Shown one piece after another: positions 24,701 through 37,317 of a stretch of DNA of 64,000 nt. The position numbers and the translations under genes are program-made. The stretch is from positions 387,873 through 451,872 of the forward strand of contig JBNGIO010006303.1 in NCBI GenBank assembly GCA_049999805.1, given 5' to 3'. How positions within the stretch are numbered: the stretch's first letter is position 1; each line of letters opens with the position of its first letter. This stretch comes from Folioceros fuciformis. Its lineage: Eukaryota. The notes beneath the pieces were generated by a model. It searched no databases. It was not told the DNA's origin and was given only the letters and a program-made list of their open reading frames with translations.

Positions 24701-27089
24701 GTCTTAGTTATAAAAATTAATTAGTTTCTGACACGTGCGTAAAATTGTACTAAGCACAAGTGCCGAGAGATTAGGATCTAGAGTTTGTGGATTGTACGTG
24801 GAGGGTGTTTGTTGGCGGAGGGAGTGTCTTCCTGGATTCTAATTCAACAAGAAGTGCAAAATCCCAAAGCAAGCTTACGTAGGGTCGATGCTCTTTTTTG
24901 CACTCTTGTCTTGTTCCGGATTGGAGCACTTTTTGGCGTTGGCACCTCTACAAGGTTGAGTTGGGAGTTGGGATGATTGGAGAAATCCAATACTAGAAGT
25001 AAGCACGTACTGTTAAGGAGTGGATACTGTGGATGGGAAGGGAAGGAGGGAGGGACGATACATGGTCTACAGGCTTGGCTGTGATTTTGGGCGAGGAAGT
25101 ACATACATAAATAAGCTTTCTGGCGCGCATTCCCATTCCCGTTCCTGCTCTTGTTCCCATTTGGTGCCCCTACCAACATTCCCAGTCGGCATAAATGAAT
25201 AAAAGTACGTTCCCCCAAGTCCCGGGTCGGTGGATTCCGGCCAACGGTCCGGGTGGAGGCACTGCACCTTGTCTCACGCCACCAAATGTGAATGTAATGT
25301 ACGCAAACCCGTGTCCGTGACACCCGTCACAGCTTGTTCTGGTTCCGTAATTTCCGTCCAAGCGTGGCAGGAGATGGCGAACGTGACGCTCCCCTCTGGC
25401 TGGTTCTTGGCTGGGCCGGGATTGTGAGGTGACGCCAAATCTCCCTCCTGCTGCACCTGCATCCTGCTTCCGCACAAAGGCACCCGGAGATTGATAATGC
25501 TTGCAGACAGACAATAATTCAGAGCTACCTCTGCACTGCCCGCCATTTATGACAAGGCCGTAAAGGCCTGCAAAGCGAAAAGGAAAGGGAAAGGGAACGG
25601 CCGAGGCGAGCGGGAGTGGGAGTGCGAGTGTCTCGGCGGGTACCGACACTGTGTAACAGGCTTTGGATGTGGTTATGGCACGGCGTTTTGTGGAAAGCAA
25701 AGACGCACAGAGCGGTTGAATGGATGGCTATGGTTACGGAAGGGACGGTGGATGCGGGTTTGCAGGGCCCGCCAAAGCCTGCAGCAAGATCAAGTTGGAG
25801 GAAAGGGAAGAGCAGGGAGGGGTGACGCATCGGCGCTGAGACATGCCATGGGCCCATGGCCTTCCCCTCCGAGCACCCCCGCTTGCGCCTCGCCTTTATC
25901 CGGCACCTGGGATGCTTACCAAAATTGGCTCCGGCCATGAGATGAGCACATGCCCCCTTTCCCGGCGCCTGCCTCCCCCGCTTTGTCGCATTTCGGCAAC
26001 AGTCCAGTCGCGCTTGCCCAAATCTTTTCCCACTCTCATCCGCTTCGAGATCTGTGAATTCCTTGCGTCCCTCCTTCCTTCGCTTTAACTTTTCCCCCTC
26101 CTGGCCGAGCCTTGGCCTAGGCCTAGGCCTAGGCAGCATCTATCCCTGCCCGACTTCCCGACTCCCGACGATGCCGCCATCACCATCCACACTTCCAAGC
26201 TCGGCGTGCTTTCCTATACGCCAGACCGGAAACCCTAACTCACGACCGTGGGTTTACTACACGCAGCGTGGTAAGCTTTGATTAGCGCGTGCGCAAAACT
26301 TTCCCACGGGACTCTCGCCTTGGCGTTGGCGTCGCTAGCTCGTCGGATACTAGACTGTTACAAAAACAATAACATAATGTGCGTGTGCGGGAGTGGCTTT
26401 ATTGTACACTTGTTTTGCCGCTTCTTCGTTTGTGCTGAACTTGTACACATATGATGAAGTTGTGAAGTAGAGTGGGGAGGTGTTGTGCATTGAGAGTTGT
26501 GCGGGAGAGGGTTCGATCAGCGGGCACCGGAAATCGGGCACGGCATTGCGCGGCGCCCTTCCTGCCCTCTTCTTCTTCTGCCTTACTTCCTTCCTTGCCT
26601 CCCTCTTGCCTTGCTCCCCGTCCTGCGCCTGCGCCTGCATTCACGATCCTCGCCTGACAGGGCTGACACCTTCTGCGGGCTTTGCGCCGGGAATCAGGCG
26701 TTGCTCAAAGCTAATTTCTGCAGCTCGCTGCATTGCATTCCATTGTTTTGCAGTTCCCGCCTGCGACTGTTGCGATAGAGCAATTTGGTTGTTCTTTGCA
26801 GAGAGAGCACTTGCAGGCATTGGTGGTGGGTTGCCAGTCGCTGTCCCCGTCCCTCCCGCCGCGCCTGTCCCTGTGTCCTTGTCCCGTCCCCGGCTGGCTG
26901 CCTCGGACGCTCATTAATTGCTTCATCGCCTCGCATTTCGAGCCCCGGAGGGAAGTGCGAGGCGCTCTGCCCTCCCTCTGCCCGCCAACGCTGCCGCCGC
27001 TCTGCCCGGGGCATGGAAGTGAGGAGCCGTGCCGCTACTGCTGCTTCTACTTCTCCTGCTGCTGCTGCCCCGCTGCGGCGTCGGTGAAG

Positions 27090-30000
27090 ATGGCGGTCCT
27101 GTACGTGGCCCCGGCGCCAGGCGCGCGGCTAGGTGCTAAGGAGGAGGAGAGGAAGGAGGAGCTGCTGGCCCGGGAGCTCGAGAACGAGCACCATCACTTG
27201 CGCAACAGGTGCCTTGACGCGGATACTGCGAGTAGCAGCAGCGAGGCCAGCGTTGGGAGCGCCAGCTCTTGCCTCACCTCCTCGGGGTCTGGGACGTCCG
27301 ACTCCGACTCCGACACCTCGGGTTCCTCTACCTCCGCTGGCGGCCGTGATGGAGCTGGAATTCCAGCAGCGGAGCCAAGTGCAGGCGCTCGCCTTCCGCT
27401 TGTGGGTGCTCTGGATGAAGAGGAGGAGGCTGCGGAGCGGGAGCAGGTGTCGGGTGCACAAGCTCACGAGGAGGACGTGCTCGACGGCCGGGGACTTTCC
27501 GGAGGAGCGGAACGGGACGACGGACAGCCGGTCTCGGGTTTGATTTCTGTTGGCGAGGCGGTGAAGGAGGCAGAGGTCGAGGACGAGGAGGAAGAAGACC
27601 AGGAGGAGGAAGACCAGGCCGAGGAGGAAGAGGAAGAACAAGAAGAGGAGGAGGAGGAAGAGGAGGCTGTCGCGCATTTTCTGCTCCTGGGTGAAGAGAA
27701 CCATGCAGCATTGGAGAAGATTTTGGAGGAGTCGGAGCACATGTCGCAGCTCTCCGAGTGTCTGGACGGCCAGTCCAGCCTGCTCGAGAGGGAGAGCGCG
27801 CAGCTACCGCGGCAGCCCATGACCTTCCCCCGGGCCTCAGTCCCCACGGTCATCTCCTCCTTCACCTCCACCTGCTCCACTAGCTTCACATTGAAGCCCA
27901 GTCTCATGTCGCGCTCGCACGAGCTGCATTTCGCGGGCTCTACCTCGTCGGGGGGGCTCGGATTGCAGTGGGAGCCTGGGAGGAAGGAGCGAAGGAGTTT
28001 GACTGGGGCGCCAACTGGGACGGAGATCGGATGGGATAGAGACGCCGGGGCGGGTGCGGGGGACGCGGCTCTTGGTGGGCTGCGGAGGAATTTGCGGCAC
28101 AGCGGACCCATGCCGCAGCCGTCTCGGCCTCTCTACTCCCCGTTACCCAGCCCCAAGCACGATGCCGTCTTCAACGACGCCGACAGGAACCGGACCAACG
28201 TGCTGCGTGTCGGCCAGTTCGAGGAGTGGGCTGCCAGGGCGGGCTACGCTGTTGGCAGCCGGGAGCAGGCTAGGACACCTTCGCCTGGGAGAGCCTTCGT
28301 GCCGTCTCCCGGCAGGACTATCTATCAGACCGGGATCATCTCGCCCGGGAGGTCGTTCAGTGCCGTGAATGCGGGGGTACGAGGGGGCAAGGGAGAGCAG
28401 AGCAAGTCGCAGCTGGCAAGCCTCGAGGAAGAGCTTTCCAATCTGCTGAGGAACAGGGCCTCCACCCGACGTGCTGCTTCATCGGCGGGAGGGGTTGCCA
28501 GTAACGTCGTCCCGCACGTTCCTCTGCTTCCTGCTGGGCGGAGGGGATTCTCAATGGAGCTGCAGCGGGGGAATCACCATTTCGGGAACAGTTTCTCGTA
28601 CGCTCGGACTGGGACTGTGGACGTGCAGGTGGAAGAAGCCTGCTCCTACGGTGAGCAAGATCAGGGCGAGGACCACGGGGACGACGCCGTGTACGAGGAG
28701 AGTATGAGGGAGTTGGAGATTCTTGTTAAAGCTGGGAGCCGGAGGGAGAACAATGGTACTAAGCTCCGAGAGGGGCCGGTGTTTCCTTTGCCTCCTAAGG
28801 TGGAGAGTTTCATCAAGGAGTCCAATATTAACAGCAGCGGCAGCAGTCCTGTGAGTGATGTTGGACAGCCGGAGGAGAAGCAGGTCGTCCATGTTGCGCC
28901 TTCCATGCATGTCGAGGACCGTGATTGTGTTGGGAGGAAGGGGCTGGGCTGGACCGGGCTGTCTAAGTCCAGGTTGCCGGAAGGGAGTATGGGGAGCCAC
29001 CAACTCGGAACCAGCGCGCCAGCTCTCAAGCCCCTGCAAGTCTCCGGGAGGGATCTGAAGCCGAGCTCCAATCGTGTCAGTGGGGAAGCGGTAGCGGAGG
29101 CTGTGAGGAGGAGGTCGGCGGTCGGGTTCTCGCAGAGAAAGGGCAAGCAGGCGCTGAAGGCTCTGGGGCAGGATGATTTGCTTGCGGAAGAACCCGGGCA
29201 GTACGTGCCATCGGCGGCTGCCAAGGACGCTGACAGTCTCCAGTCTGTGTCGTCCCCGACCCCTTCGACGCCCTCGCTCAAGAGCTTTGGCAAGGACGTG
29301 CAGGCGCTGGTGAGCAGGGTGAGCTGGAGCTATAAGAAGGATCTTCGAAGGTCTCGGTCGATGGATGACAGTTCCATCCCGGATAAAGTCCTGCTCCTGG
29401 CTGCCCATGATACCAAACCTGCTGTGGCTGCGGAAGGGACTAAACCCCCGAAGCCGGATTCGGTGCCGGTGCCAGCGGATGGCAGTCTGCGCAAAATTTC
29501 GAAGCAGGATTCGCGGGAGAGCAGTCTACGCAAGATCTCTAAGTCGGACAGCAGGCAGAACAGTTTGCGCAAGCTGGATGCGCTGTTAAATGCGAGTTTC
29601 AGGAAGATGGAGGCCGAGGCACTGGCTTCCGCTTCTTTTGGAAACAAGTCTTGTCTTGATCACAACTTCCCTTCATTCAAGACTCTGAGCATCGCCGGGC
29701 CTGCTCCTCCGAATCCTCGCCCTGACGTTGCAGCGCTGAAAGCCTCTGCCCTTGAGGATCGGCAGGCTCCGGACCTGGAGCGGAGTGTGGTGAGCAGCTT
29801 GGAGAAAGTACCCGTGTTGCGATCACGAGGACCCAGGCTTTACTATGGCTCCTTCGCTGACAGTGATACTGATGGCGCCCACATTGATCTCACTGCGTCT
29901 CCTGCTGCCAAGTTCCTCGAGACGATGTCCTATTCAGGTGAGATTGACGCTGCCATGTGGTTGTCTTTACTTCCATGTTGGGCCTGTCTGACGGTCCCCA

Positions 30001-31558
30001 CGTTTTGTATGTGTTTGCCCAGACGACGTCAGTGCTGACTTTGGAAGAAGCCTTCTTCACCCGTTCAAGGTGTCTGCCTCTGTGCCCTTCAAGTGGGAAG
30101 ATGCTCCTGGGAAGCCTAAGTCCCCCACTGTTAGTGTTAAGAAGCAGGCGGGCTACTCTCTGCAACCACCTCCACGGCTTCAGCTCCCGTCTGGTGCCCT
30201 TTCTTACTCCGGTGGCGTCAGCCCAGCGACTAGGTCAGGCGTCCAGAGCAGACAGGGCTCAGGCCCTCTGCAAGAACAGGATTGTAGGTCTCCTTCCGAG
30301 CAGTATGACTTCGGCAGCAGTTGTGGGTTCTCAATTCCCGCATCACCCAGCAAACCTCCCCGCGGCAGTGCTGCGTCACCCAAGAGGCATGCCACCAAGA
30401 ACGGGGGCGCCTCGTCACCAGATCACAAGAAGGGCATGTCCCGTCTGCAAAGTCTTCTTCACGGTGGCTGCACACTGACCGACGTCGCTCATCTCAGCCA
30501 CGCCTTGAGGCCGCCCATTCCTCTCAGCAAGGACGAGATGAGTCGGTTTTCACCCAACATCGATGGCCTGGGACCGGGTGAGTGCATCTCTTGCACTTCT
30601 GTCATTGGCGGCTTGGTTCCTATGAAAGGTATTTGGTCCATCACTCGGATGTCTAATGTACTAACGGACTCATCTATGCTACTGTGTGGCTGCCTGCCTC
30701 AGATTTTCAACATCATGACAAGATCGTTGTCGAGGATGGCTGCTCTCCCAGCAGCGTCCTGGCTGGGCCCGCGGAGTTGAGCTCGTCCAACAGCTCCATG
30801 AACCGGGACAACCAACAAGGAAAGGAGGATAGTGGTGATCACAGTGCCTCCGATCGGGAGAACTTGACATCAGCAGCGGACGCACCTAGTCAGAAAACTT
30901 CGCTAAGCAACTGTTTGTTGAGAGACAGAGAGGCAGATCTGGCGGACTGTGCAGGGCAGCAACAACTACAGCAACAGCAGCCGCCTGGCTTGAACCGAAA
31001 CCACAGCGGCAGATATGATCCAGAGAGACCGGAATCTATCCCGCCTGAGGAAACGGGCAAGAGCAAGCCAAAATCTGGCCAAGTGAATTCCGAGTCCAGC
31101 TTAAGCCCCGCCAGTTTGAAGGCTGGCTCCAGCAGCAGGGAGTCCAGGTCCTCGAGGAGGTTGCGTGTTGGCTCCAGCAGGTTCAGCTCCAGCAGGGTTC
31201 CTTCAGGCAGAACGTACGACGGTCCAGGAAGCGGGAGCGAGTGGGAGGACTATCTCAATAAGTCACCCCGTGCAGTATTGGCCAAAAAGCGGAAGTCAGA
31301 GAAAGCGATCGTCCGACTTCGAAGATGTCCTCGCTTCATGGTAAGCTGTTGTTTTTGAGCTGCCTCCCTCTAGTTTTGGAGGAAGAGTGAGCCGAAGTTT
31401 TCTGACCGAGGTGTCGCTAAAATTGGTGGCAGATTACGTTGAAGCGAGTGCTGAGGCGTGCATTTTGTCTTGGACCCAAGAGCAAGCTGGGGAACAGCCA
31501 AAGGTATTCTGCATCCGGATCTGGATCTCAGGCCATGTATGCTCTCACCCTCAGCTGA
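27090..31558 (+). CDS. Large Ser/Glu-rich, mostly disordered protein with VPFKWEDAPGKPK motif (DUF688-like); exons 27090-29937, 30023-30577, 30703-31340, 31433-31558
   Basis: ~2.8 kb open first exon with a poly-Glu tract. GT-AG junctions keep frame, and the plant 'VPF.WE..PG.PK' motif lies in exon 2. Confidence 0.75.
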
Positions 31559-33282
31559 CAACCTGAAGAGAAAGCAGCTTGAATTGTATACCCTGTTTGT
31601 TCGGCTTTGTAGCTTTTACTAGATACTTTACAAAATGGTTACTTTATGTGTTTCAGTAGTACGTAGGAAAGTGTGTGCAAGTCGAGGGAGATGCCATTCC
31701 ACATCCTTGCTCATGGTGGGATTCAAACTCCTCCCCACTTGCTTACCTTGTATGCGGACTGTTACATAGCTAGTCATGGAGTACATACCGTCACAATAGC
31801 AGTGTAATCCTTTGATAAAACTTCCCCTTGACTCGGGCACTGGTGACTGAACATCGATCAGCACATACCTAGGTTGTATCAGGTATTTTTGTTTGATGAG
31901 GCAGCTTTAGAGCAAATATCGGGCCTTGTGCCCCCAAGTTCATTACAGACCGTGATGAAATGTCTGCTCTGTTGGATGTAAACTTGCTGAGAGAAGAGGG
32001 ACGCGAGTTCCTACTGCTCGATCCCTGTGAGGATCGGATCCTGGTCGCTATCTTGTCGCAGGAGCTAGGATTGCTGCCGACGACCAACTACTGTAATTGA
32101 GCTGAGCAGGTGGAATCGTGGACATTGGCAGTGGCCTACTAGATGTCTACATTAAAACCTATTTTCCCGCCGGTTTGATTCTCTTGTCAATTTGTCATGG
32201 CGTTCGTTCCCATTTGCAAACCGTCTTGTCCTCAGCAGTGATTGATAAAATTGGGGTGGAATCGGGGTTGTTTCAAGACCTGCCTGCTCTGCGAATGCAT
32301 GTACATGTGGCAGGACAGAAGTCGGAAGTAGACTTACTGCACCTCGGAATACCGATGTAGCTTTGGACAAAGGAATCTCAACTTCGGGTATCCTCGAAGT
32401 AGCCCCCTTCAAGAGCAAGGTAGGTCACTGGCGCCTCTAGCACATAACACTAGGGAAGATGACCTGCTGCCATCTCCGGAGCAACGGACATCGATGATTC
32501 CTTGCTCTTGTCGATAGGATCAGGGCGCCTTGAGATTGCAATTGATATTAATAATTCTGAATTGTAAGTGTGCCCTATGCATTTACCCCTGCTTCAAGAT
32601 CCATCCTGGTCTTACAGCGCACTGCGTACTTGGAGCCGGAGGAATTCATCGCAAGCAGACCCAGTTAGACTCTGGTACCGCGAATTGTTGAGGATGTTCT
32701 CGTGGCACATATTTTAGACAATGCCAGCAGTAAACGTTTCGAAATTCCAGAGCACAGCCAATGAAAGAAATTCGAATCCCAAGCATCAGAGCAGTCCAGG
32801 GCCTGCTTCTGTACAGAACCTGCAGGGGAGAGGACGAAAGAAAGTAAGAGGAGAAAAGCACGTTCTTCTTCAGCAAAGCACGTAAGGAGTCACGTCCAAC
32901 GGAGATATAAGAATCACGACCAACGAAAAAGGAGACGAGGAAGAAGTTCGCCTGGTGCAAACAATAGAAGCACAATAAGCCTCAAATTGGTGGAAGGCAC
33001 TTACGATGACTACCGGCAAGATTTTCTTGGAAAGCACTTGCAGGTGGCTAAAGCAAGAGCCTTCTGGCGCAAGTACTACATAGGTTAACTTGCAAGTCCT
33101 ACCACTACGTGGAGCGGAGGAGTTTGAAAACGTCTATGGCGGTTCCTTTTTTACCAACTCACTCCTTTCAGAGTGCAATGTCGGTAGGATGTGTACCACG
33201 GGCACCGTCGATCATCGTGGAGAACAGAATCTCCTCGTCCACCGCAAAGAATTCGGCTGTACTACAAGTATCTGGTTTACAA

Positions 33283-34745
33283 CTACACTAGGATGACCTC
33301 TGCATGGACAAAAGACAACGGGTCACCATATTTGCAAACGGGGTTGCTGACGGCCACCAAAAATGTTGACCAAACGAAGTCTTACCTCTCTTTTTGTGTG
33401 GTTCAGGGGATATCTCCTCCAGATCTTTGTTCGAGCCCTCACTCACAACAATTGGTTTGGTTGGCACGCTTGGTAAATCTGGTTCCTCCTCAACATCGAC
33501 GCCTTGTGTCAACTCTTCTTGTCCCTTCATGGAGTTCAGATTTTCATCTCGCCTTGGCAAACTACTTGCCTCGGCCGTCTCTCCATCCGTGCGTCTCCCT
33601 TGTCTCTTTCTGGGTGGCTCTGCCTCCTCAGCAATCGCTACCCTGGTTGGCACGGTGCCCTGCTCACGTTGTGGTACCAAAGTAACCGGTGGCAAGCCTG
33701 ATACTGGCACTTCAGGAAACTGCTCAAGCTCCATCTGTAAAACGAACGCCGTTAACAGGAGCCATGCATGATAAACAGGCGGGAACGTTCCTAGTACGAG
33801 AAGGGAATGACAGCACAACAGCTTATTGAAAGTAAGCACATACTTGACTTTCAAGTTGTTCGAACTCTGCCAAAACCTCTTCTTCGTCTTCTGCAGTCAA
33901 TTGTTGTCCGAGAACCTCATTGAGAGCCTGAAAAACATTGTGGGTCATTGGGGGTTACCTAACAAGGTGATCCTGCTGCAAAACATGCATTTTGCAAGCA
34001 CGTGGGCATACTATAAAACTGGCATATGTAAATGTGCATCAAGAGATCCTTTTTTGGACACCAGGCTGGATAAGTAGGAACGCTCGTGTGATGTTGTCTT
34101 ACATCCTGGTAGGCCTTCGCTTCTGCGGTATCATCCATGAGCTTTTGCACATCGTCAATGTTGATTTCATTCTGCAGCTCTTGCACAGACTTATGGCCCG
34201 CCTTGAGACTCTCAAACACATCTTTCTGCCTGGTGGCTATCTCGATGTCGTTCAGCTGCAGAGAACAAGTTCATCCGTTCATCCTTGTTACAGCTGGCCG
34301 GATCACACAACACGCACCTCGAGGGGACGAGGCAGAGCCAAGCCAGCCCTTAAGATCCAAAACCGGGTACAGCAGGAAAGGTTTCCCTTGCAAATGAATA
34401 TGGCCCCACCTGCTGCTCGACGTTCAAAAGCCACACATCAACGTTTTTGAGCATTTCTTCCTGAACCTTCTTTTTCTTCAACGCCAGCAGCGCCCTGTCT
34501 TTCCTATTCTCCCTAACCAACAACAAGGCCACTTCCTTCTCCCGCTGAATCACGCGTTCCAACTGACAAGCAATGTCGAGCCAGGTCAGAATTCAGTGCC
34601 ATCTGTGCCAACCCACGGGCCAAAATCCTACTCCCCCTACCTGCTTCTGATACTGAGAGAGCTTCCGTCGCTGGGTCTTGAGCGTGAGAATGGCCCTGTC
34701 CACATCCGTCACTTTGGGCTTCTTCTTGGCAAAAAGATTGCCCAT
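33283..34745 (-). CDS. VPS20: ESCRT-III subunit VPS20/CHMP6 (Snf7 family), multi-exon
   Basis: Myristoylation-type start [82 protein letters not shown]. The last exon (EVILV*) is inferred. Confidence 0.92.
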
Positions 34746-35632
34746 ATCTAGCACTCCAACCAAGCTCTCTCTCGCTGTACTCAAATCCTGAAACCCAATC
34801 AACTCCGGTCCACGGCAGTATGTTGCTCCCCCCGCCGGATCAACATCCTCATCAGCTTCCACAGACCCTAGATGTCCACAGATGGGCGTACTGCGGACAA
34901 GGATTCCGGCAATCGCCAATCAATTACATCACTTGGGCTCCCAAGCTGGACGCTGGACTCAGCGGAGGGTCCGACACTGCAACAATCAAGCTTTCAGAAT
35001 CCAAGTGAAAAAACTCAATCACTACGGGTAGGTCACGGGGTGCACCGAAACGGCCTCCCCTACACTTGGCGTACGAAACTCGGTTCCGTCCATTCCTGAT
35101 TCGGACTGCGCCTTTTTCAACCATGCTCAAGTACTGTTTGGTCCGTCCGCAAGCCCTGTATAGCGGGCGACGGACGGACCCTGTCGGCGATTTTAACTCG
35201 GTGTTGGACCCACCAAAAAAGTGAATCCATACGCTGGGTCAAGCCTACATCGTCCCGGGCTGCCCAACATTTTGGGCTACTTAGAACTTCACAAAAAAAA
35301 ATTTGGCGTTCGTGTATTCTCTCGAGTTGTCGCTCCTTGGTTTTTGAGTTTTAAGTTATGGATGAAACTAGGGTTTTTTTTTTCTTAGTCTTTCTTTCGA
35401 TATATTCTTAAGATGATTTTCTAAGACAATGTTCTAGCATATGTAGTGATGATATTTTATTGAGTATTGTAATGAGTTTTTTCATACTGTTGGTCATGGC
35501 TGGAGCAGGTAATTTGACGGTTGAGGCTACAAGACCCAGTGTTTCAAGGGTTTGGTGGAAAGCTCCAAGTCGGCAAGGTCTTGGGAGAGGTTGCACATGC
35601 AAGCATGGTAAATGTTTTCACCTTCAATGTAG

Positions 35633-36423
35633 GATGAGAAGTGGAGGCGACAATATCGTATGACTTATACAACTTTCATGGTTTTGGTTGAGTAACTTCC
35701 CCCTTTCTTGTTCGCAGTTCTCCAAGAGCTCCAATTAACTTAAGAAAGCTGTTGCAATGGTATTGTGTCGGCTTGGAGGAGGGTTGCCCCCGTATGAAGT
35801 GGCTGTGAAATATGGTGTAGGTGTGGCAACAGTGGTGCAATATACCAAGGCTGTGGTGGCCATCTTAAATGATCCCAAAAAATTATATTTGTCTTTCATT
35901 GGTATTCCATCAAGACAACATCAGCAAGCCATTTCTGCTAAGTTTGGGGAGTGGACTCTACTACCTAACATTGTATGTGATATCGATGGCTCTTTGATCA
36001 AGTTCACAGATAAGCCGCCACCAAGGTACATGCCAGCAGCATATCATTGCAAGCGTTACAACATGCACTGTATCGTTCTACAAGCTGTATGTGACCTTCA
36101 ACTCTTGGTTCTCTTTTGGTCGTGTAGTCATAGAGAATGCATTCTCAATGTTGAAGGGCTGGTGGAGAGTTTTGAAAAACCTCAATATTCATATTGAATA
36201 TATTGCGAGTACAGTAGCAACATGTTGTGTGCTTCATAACTTTTGCATAATTGTTGGGGAGATGGATTTTGATAGTCGATATATGGATGAGCATGGACTC
36301 CCACATCCAGTGAGCTTCTCACTAACAAATGCTCAAGAAGAGGCTTTGAAGAGTCAAGTAGAAGTGCAATATGCTGCCTTAGTCAGGCATTGGAGAAATG
36401 CTCGGTCGAACAGGCGTGCATAA
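35633..36423 (+). pseudogene. Harbinger/HARBI1-type DDE transposase remnant
   Basis: DEKWRRQYRMTYTTF..VE* (stop 35693), frameshift, then YGVGVATV, CDIDGSLI and IVLQAVCD. The frame then jumps at ~36095 to FNSWFSFGRVVIENAFSMLKGWWRVLK...CCVLHNFCI. Confidence 0.85.
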
Positions 36424-36499
36424 GTCCTTTGTAGCATACAAATGTAATGTGCATGTTGTCTAGCTTTATTACTTTCAAGGTTACTTCTTGTTTTGTTGC

Positions 36500-37210
36500 T
36501 AAGGCTTTGTTTTGAATAGCACACTTGTGTACATGAAATGTGCTATGCATCACTATAAAGCGCTTGAAACGAGCTCTCTTTTAAGTGTTCACTTGCATTT
36601 TTTCATCACGATTGGAGTGAAATATAATGGTTTCTAGTTTCTATGCTTTCACATAATACAAACAACAATCCCGTTGCTTTCATGCTTCGTTTTGAATAGC
36701 ACACTTGTCTACATGAAATGTGCTATGCATCACTGTAAAGCGCTTGAAATGAGATTTCTTTTAAGTGCTCACTTGCATTTTTTCATTACTACTAGAGTGA
36801 GATATGGTGGTTTTTAGTTTCTATGCTTTCATACAACACAAACAACAATCCCTTTACTTTCAAGCTTTTTTTCTAACAGCGCACTTGTTCAAAAGAAATG
36901 TGCTATGCATCATTCTAAAGCTCTTGAAACGATCTTTCTCTGAAATGCTCAATTGTATTTTTTCATTACGACTGGAGGGAGATATGGTGGCTTCTAGTTT
37001 TCATAATTTCACACAACACAAACAACAATCCTGTTACTTTTAGGCTTTGTTTCGAACACCACACTTGTCCAAATAAAATTTACTATGCATCATTGTGAAG
37101 CTCTTAAAATAAGCTTTCTTTGAAATGCTTGTTTGTAATTTTTTATGAAGACTTGAGTCAGAATTTGACATTCACAGTTTCTGAGCATTTCTTGTAACAC
37201 AAGCAATACT
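36500..37210. repeat. Tandem array, 180-bp period, ~4 diverged copies, inside the Harbinger element
   Basis: gctt.gttttgaatagcacacttgt.tacatgaaatgtgctatgcatca... recurs at ~36504, 36684, 36864 and 37044; aacaacaatcc recurs at 36661, 36841 and 37021. Confidence 0.9.
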
Positions 37211-37317
37211 TGCGGCTAGTTTGAAGGGGAGCTGCTCTTTGCTCTTTTAGAAGACTATACGAACAGCTTTGCAGCCTCCAGTTGCATGTATTGTTGCAAC
37301 TCCGAGATTTTTAAGCC

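Noticed and set aside
25445-25465. ctgcacctgca resembling miR530/miR1030
   Set aside because: Only a partial match, with no complementary star arm nearby.
26114-26134. Palindromic (GGCCTA)n run, and (GGCGTA)n at ~44408-44428
   Set aside because: Hexamer microsatellites of this kind recur in leaders throughout the window.
31950-31995. GTGATGA…CTGA as a C/D snoRNA
   Set aside because: Boxes too close together, no terminal stem and no recognisable rRNA guide.
36500-37210. 180-bp array as a coding repeat extending the Myb ORF
   Set aside because: Multiple stops in the continuing minus frame and no long ORF in the track.
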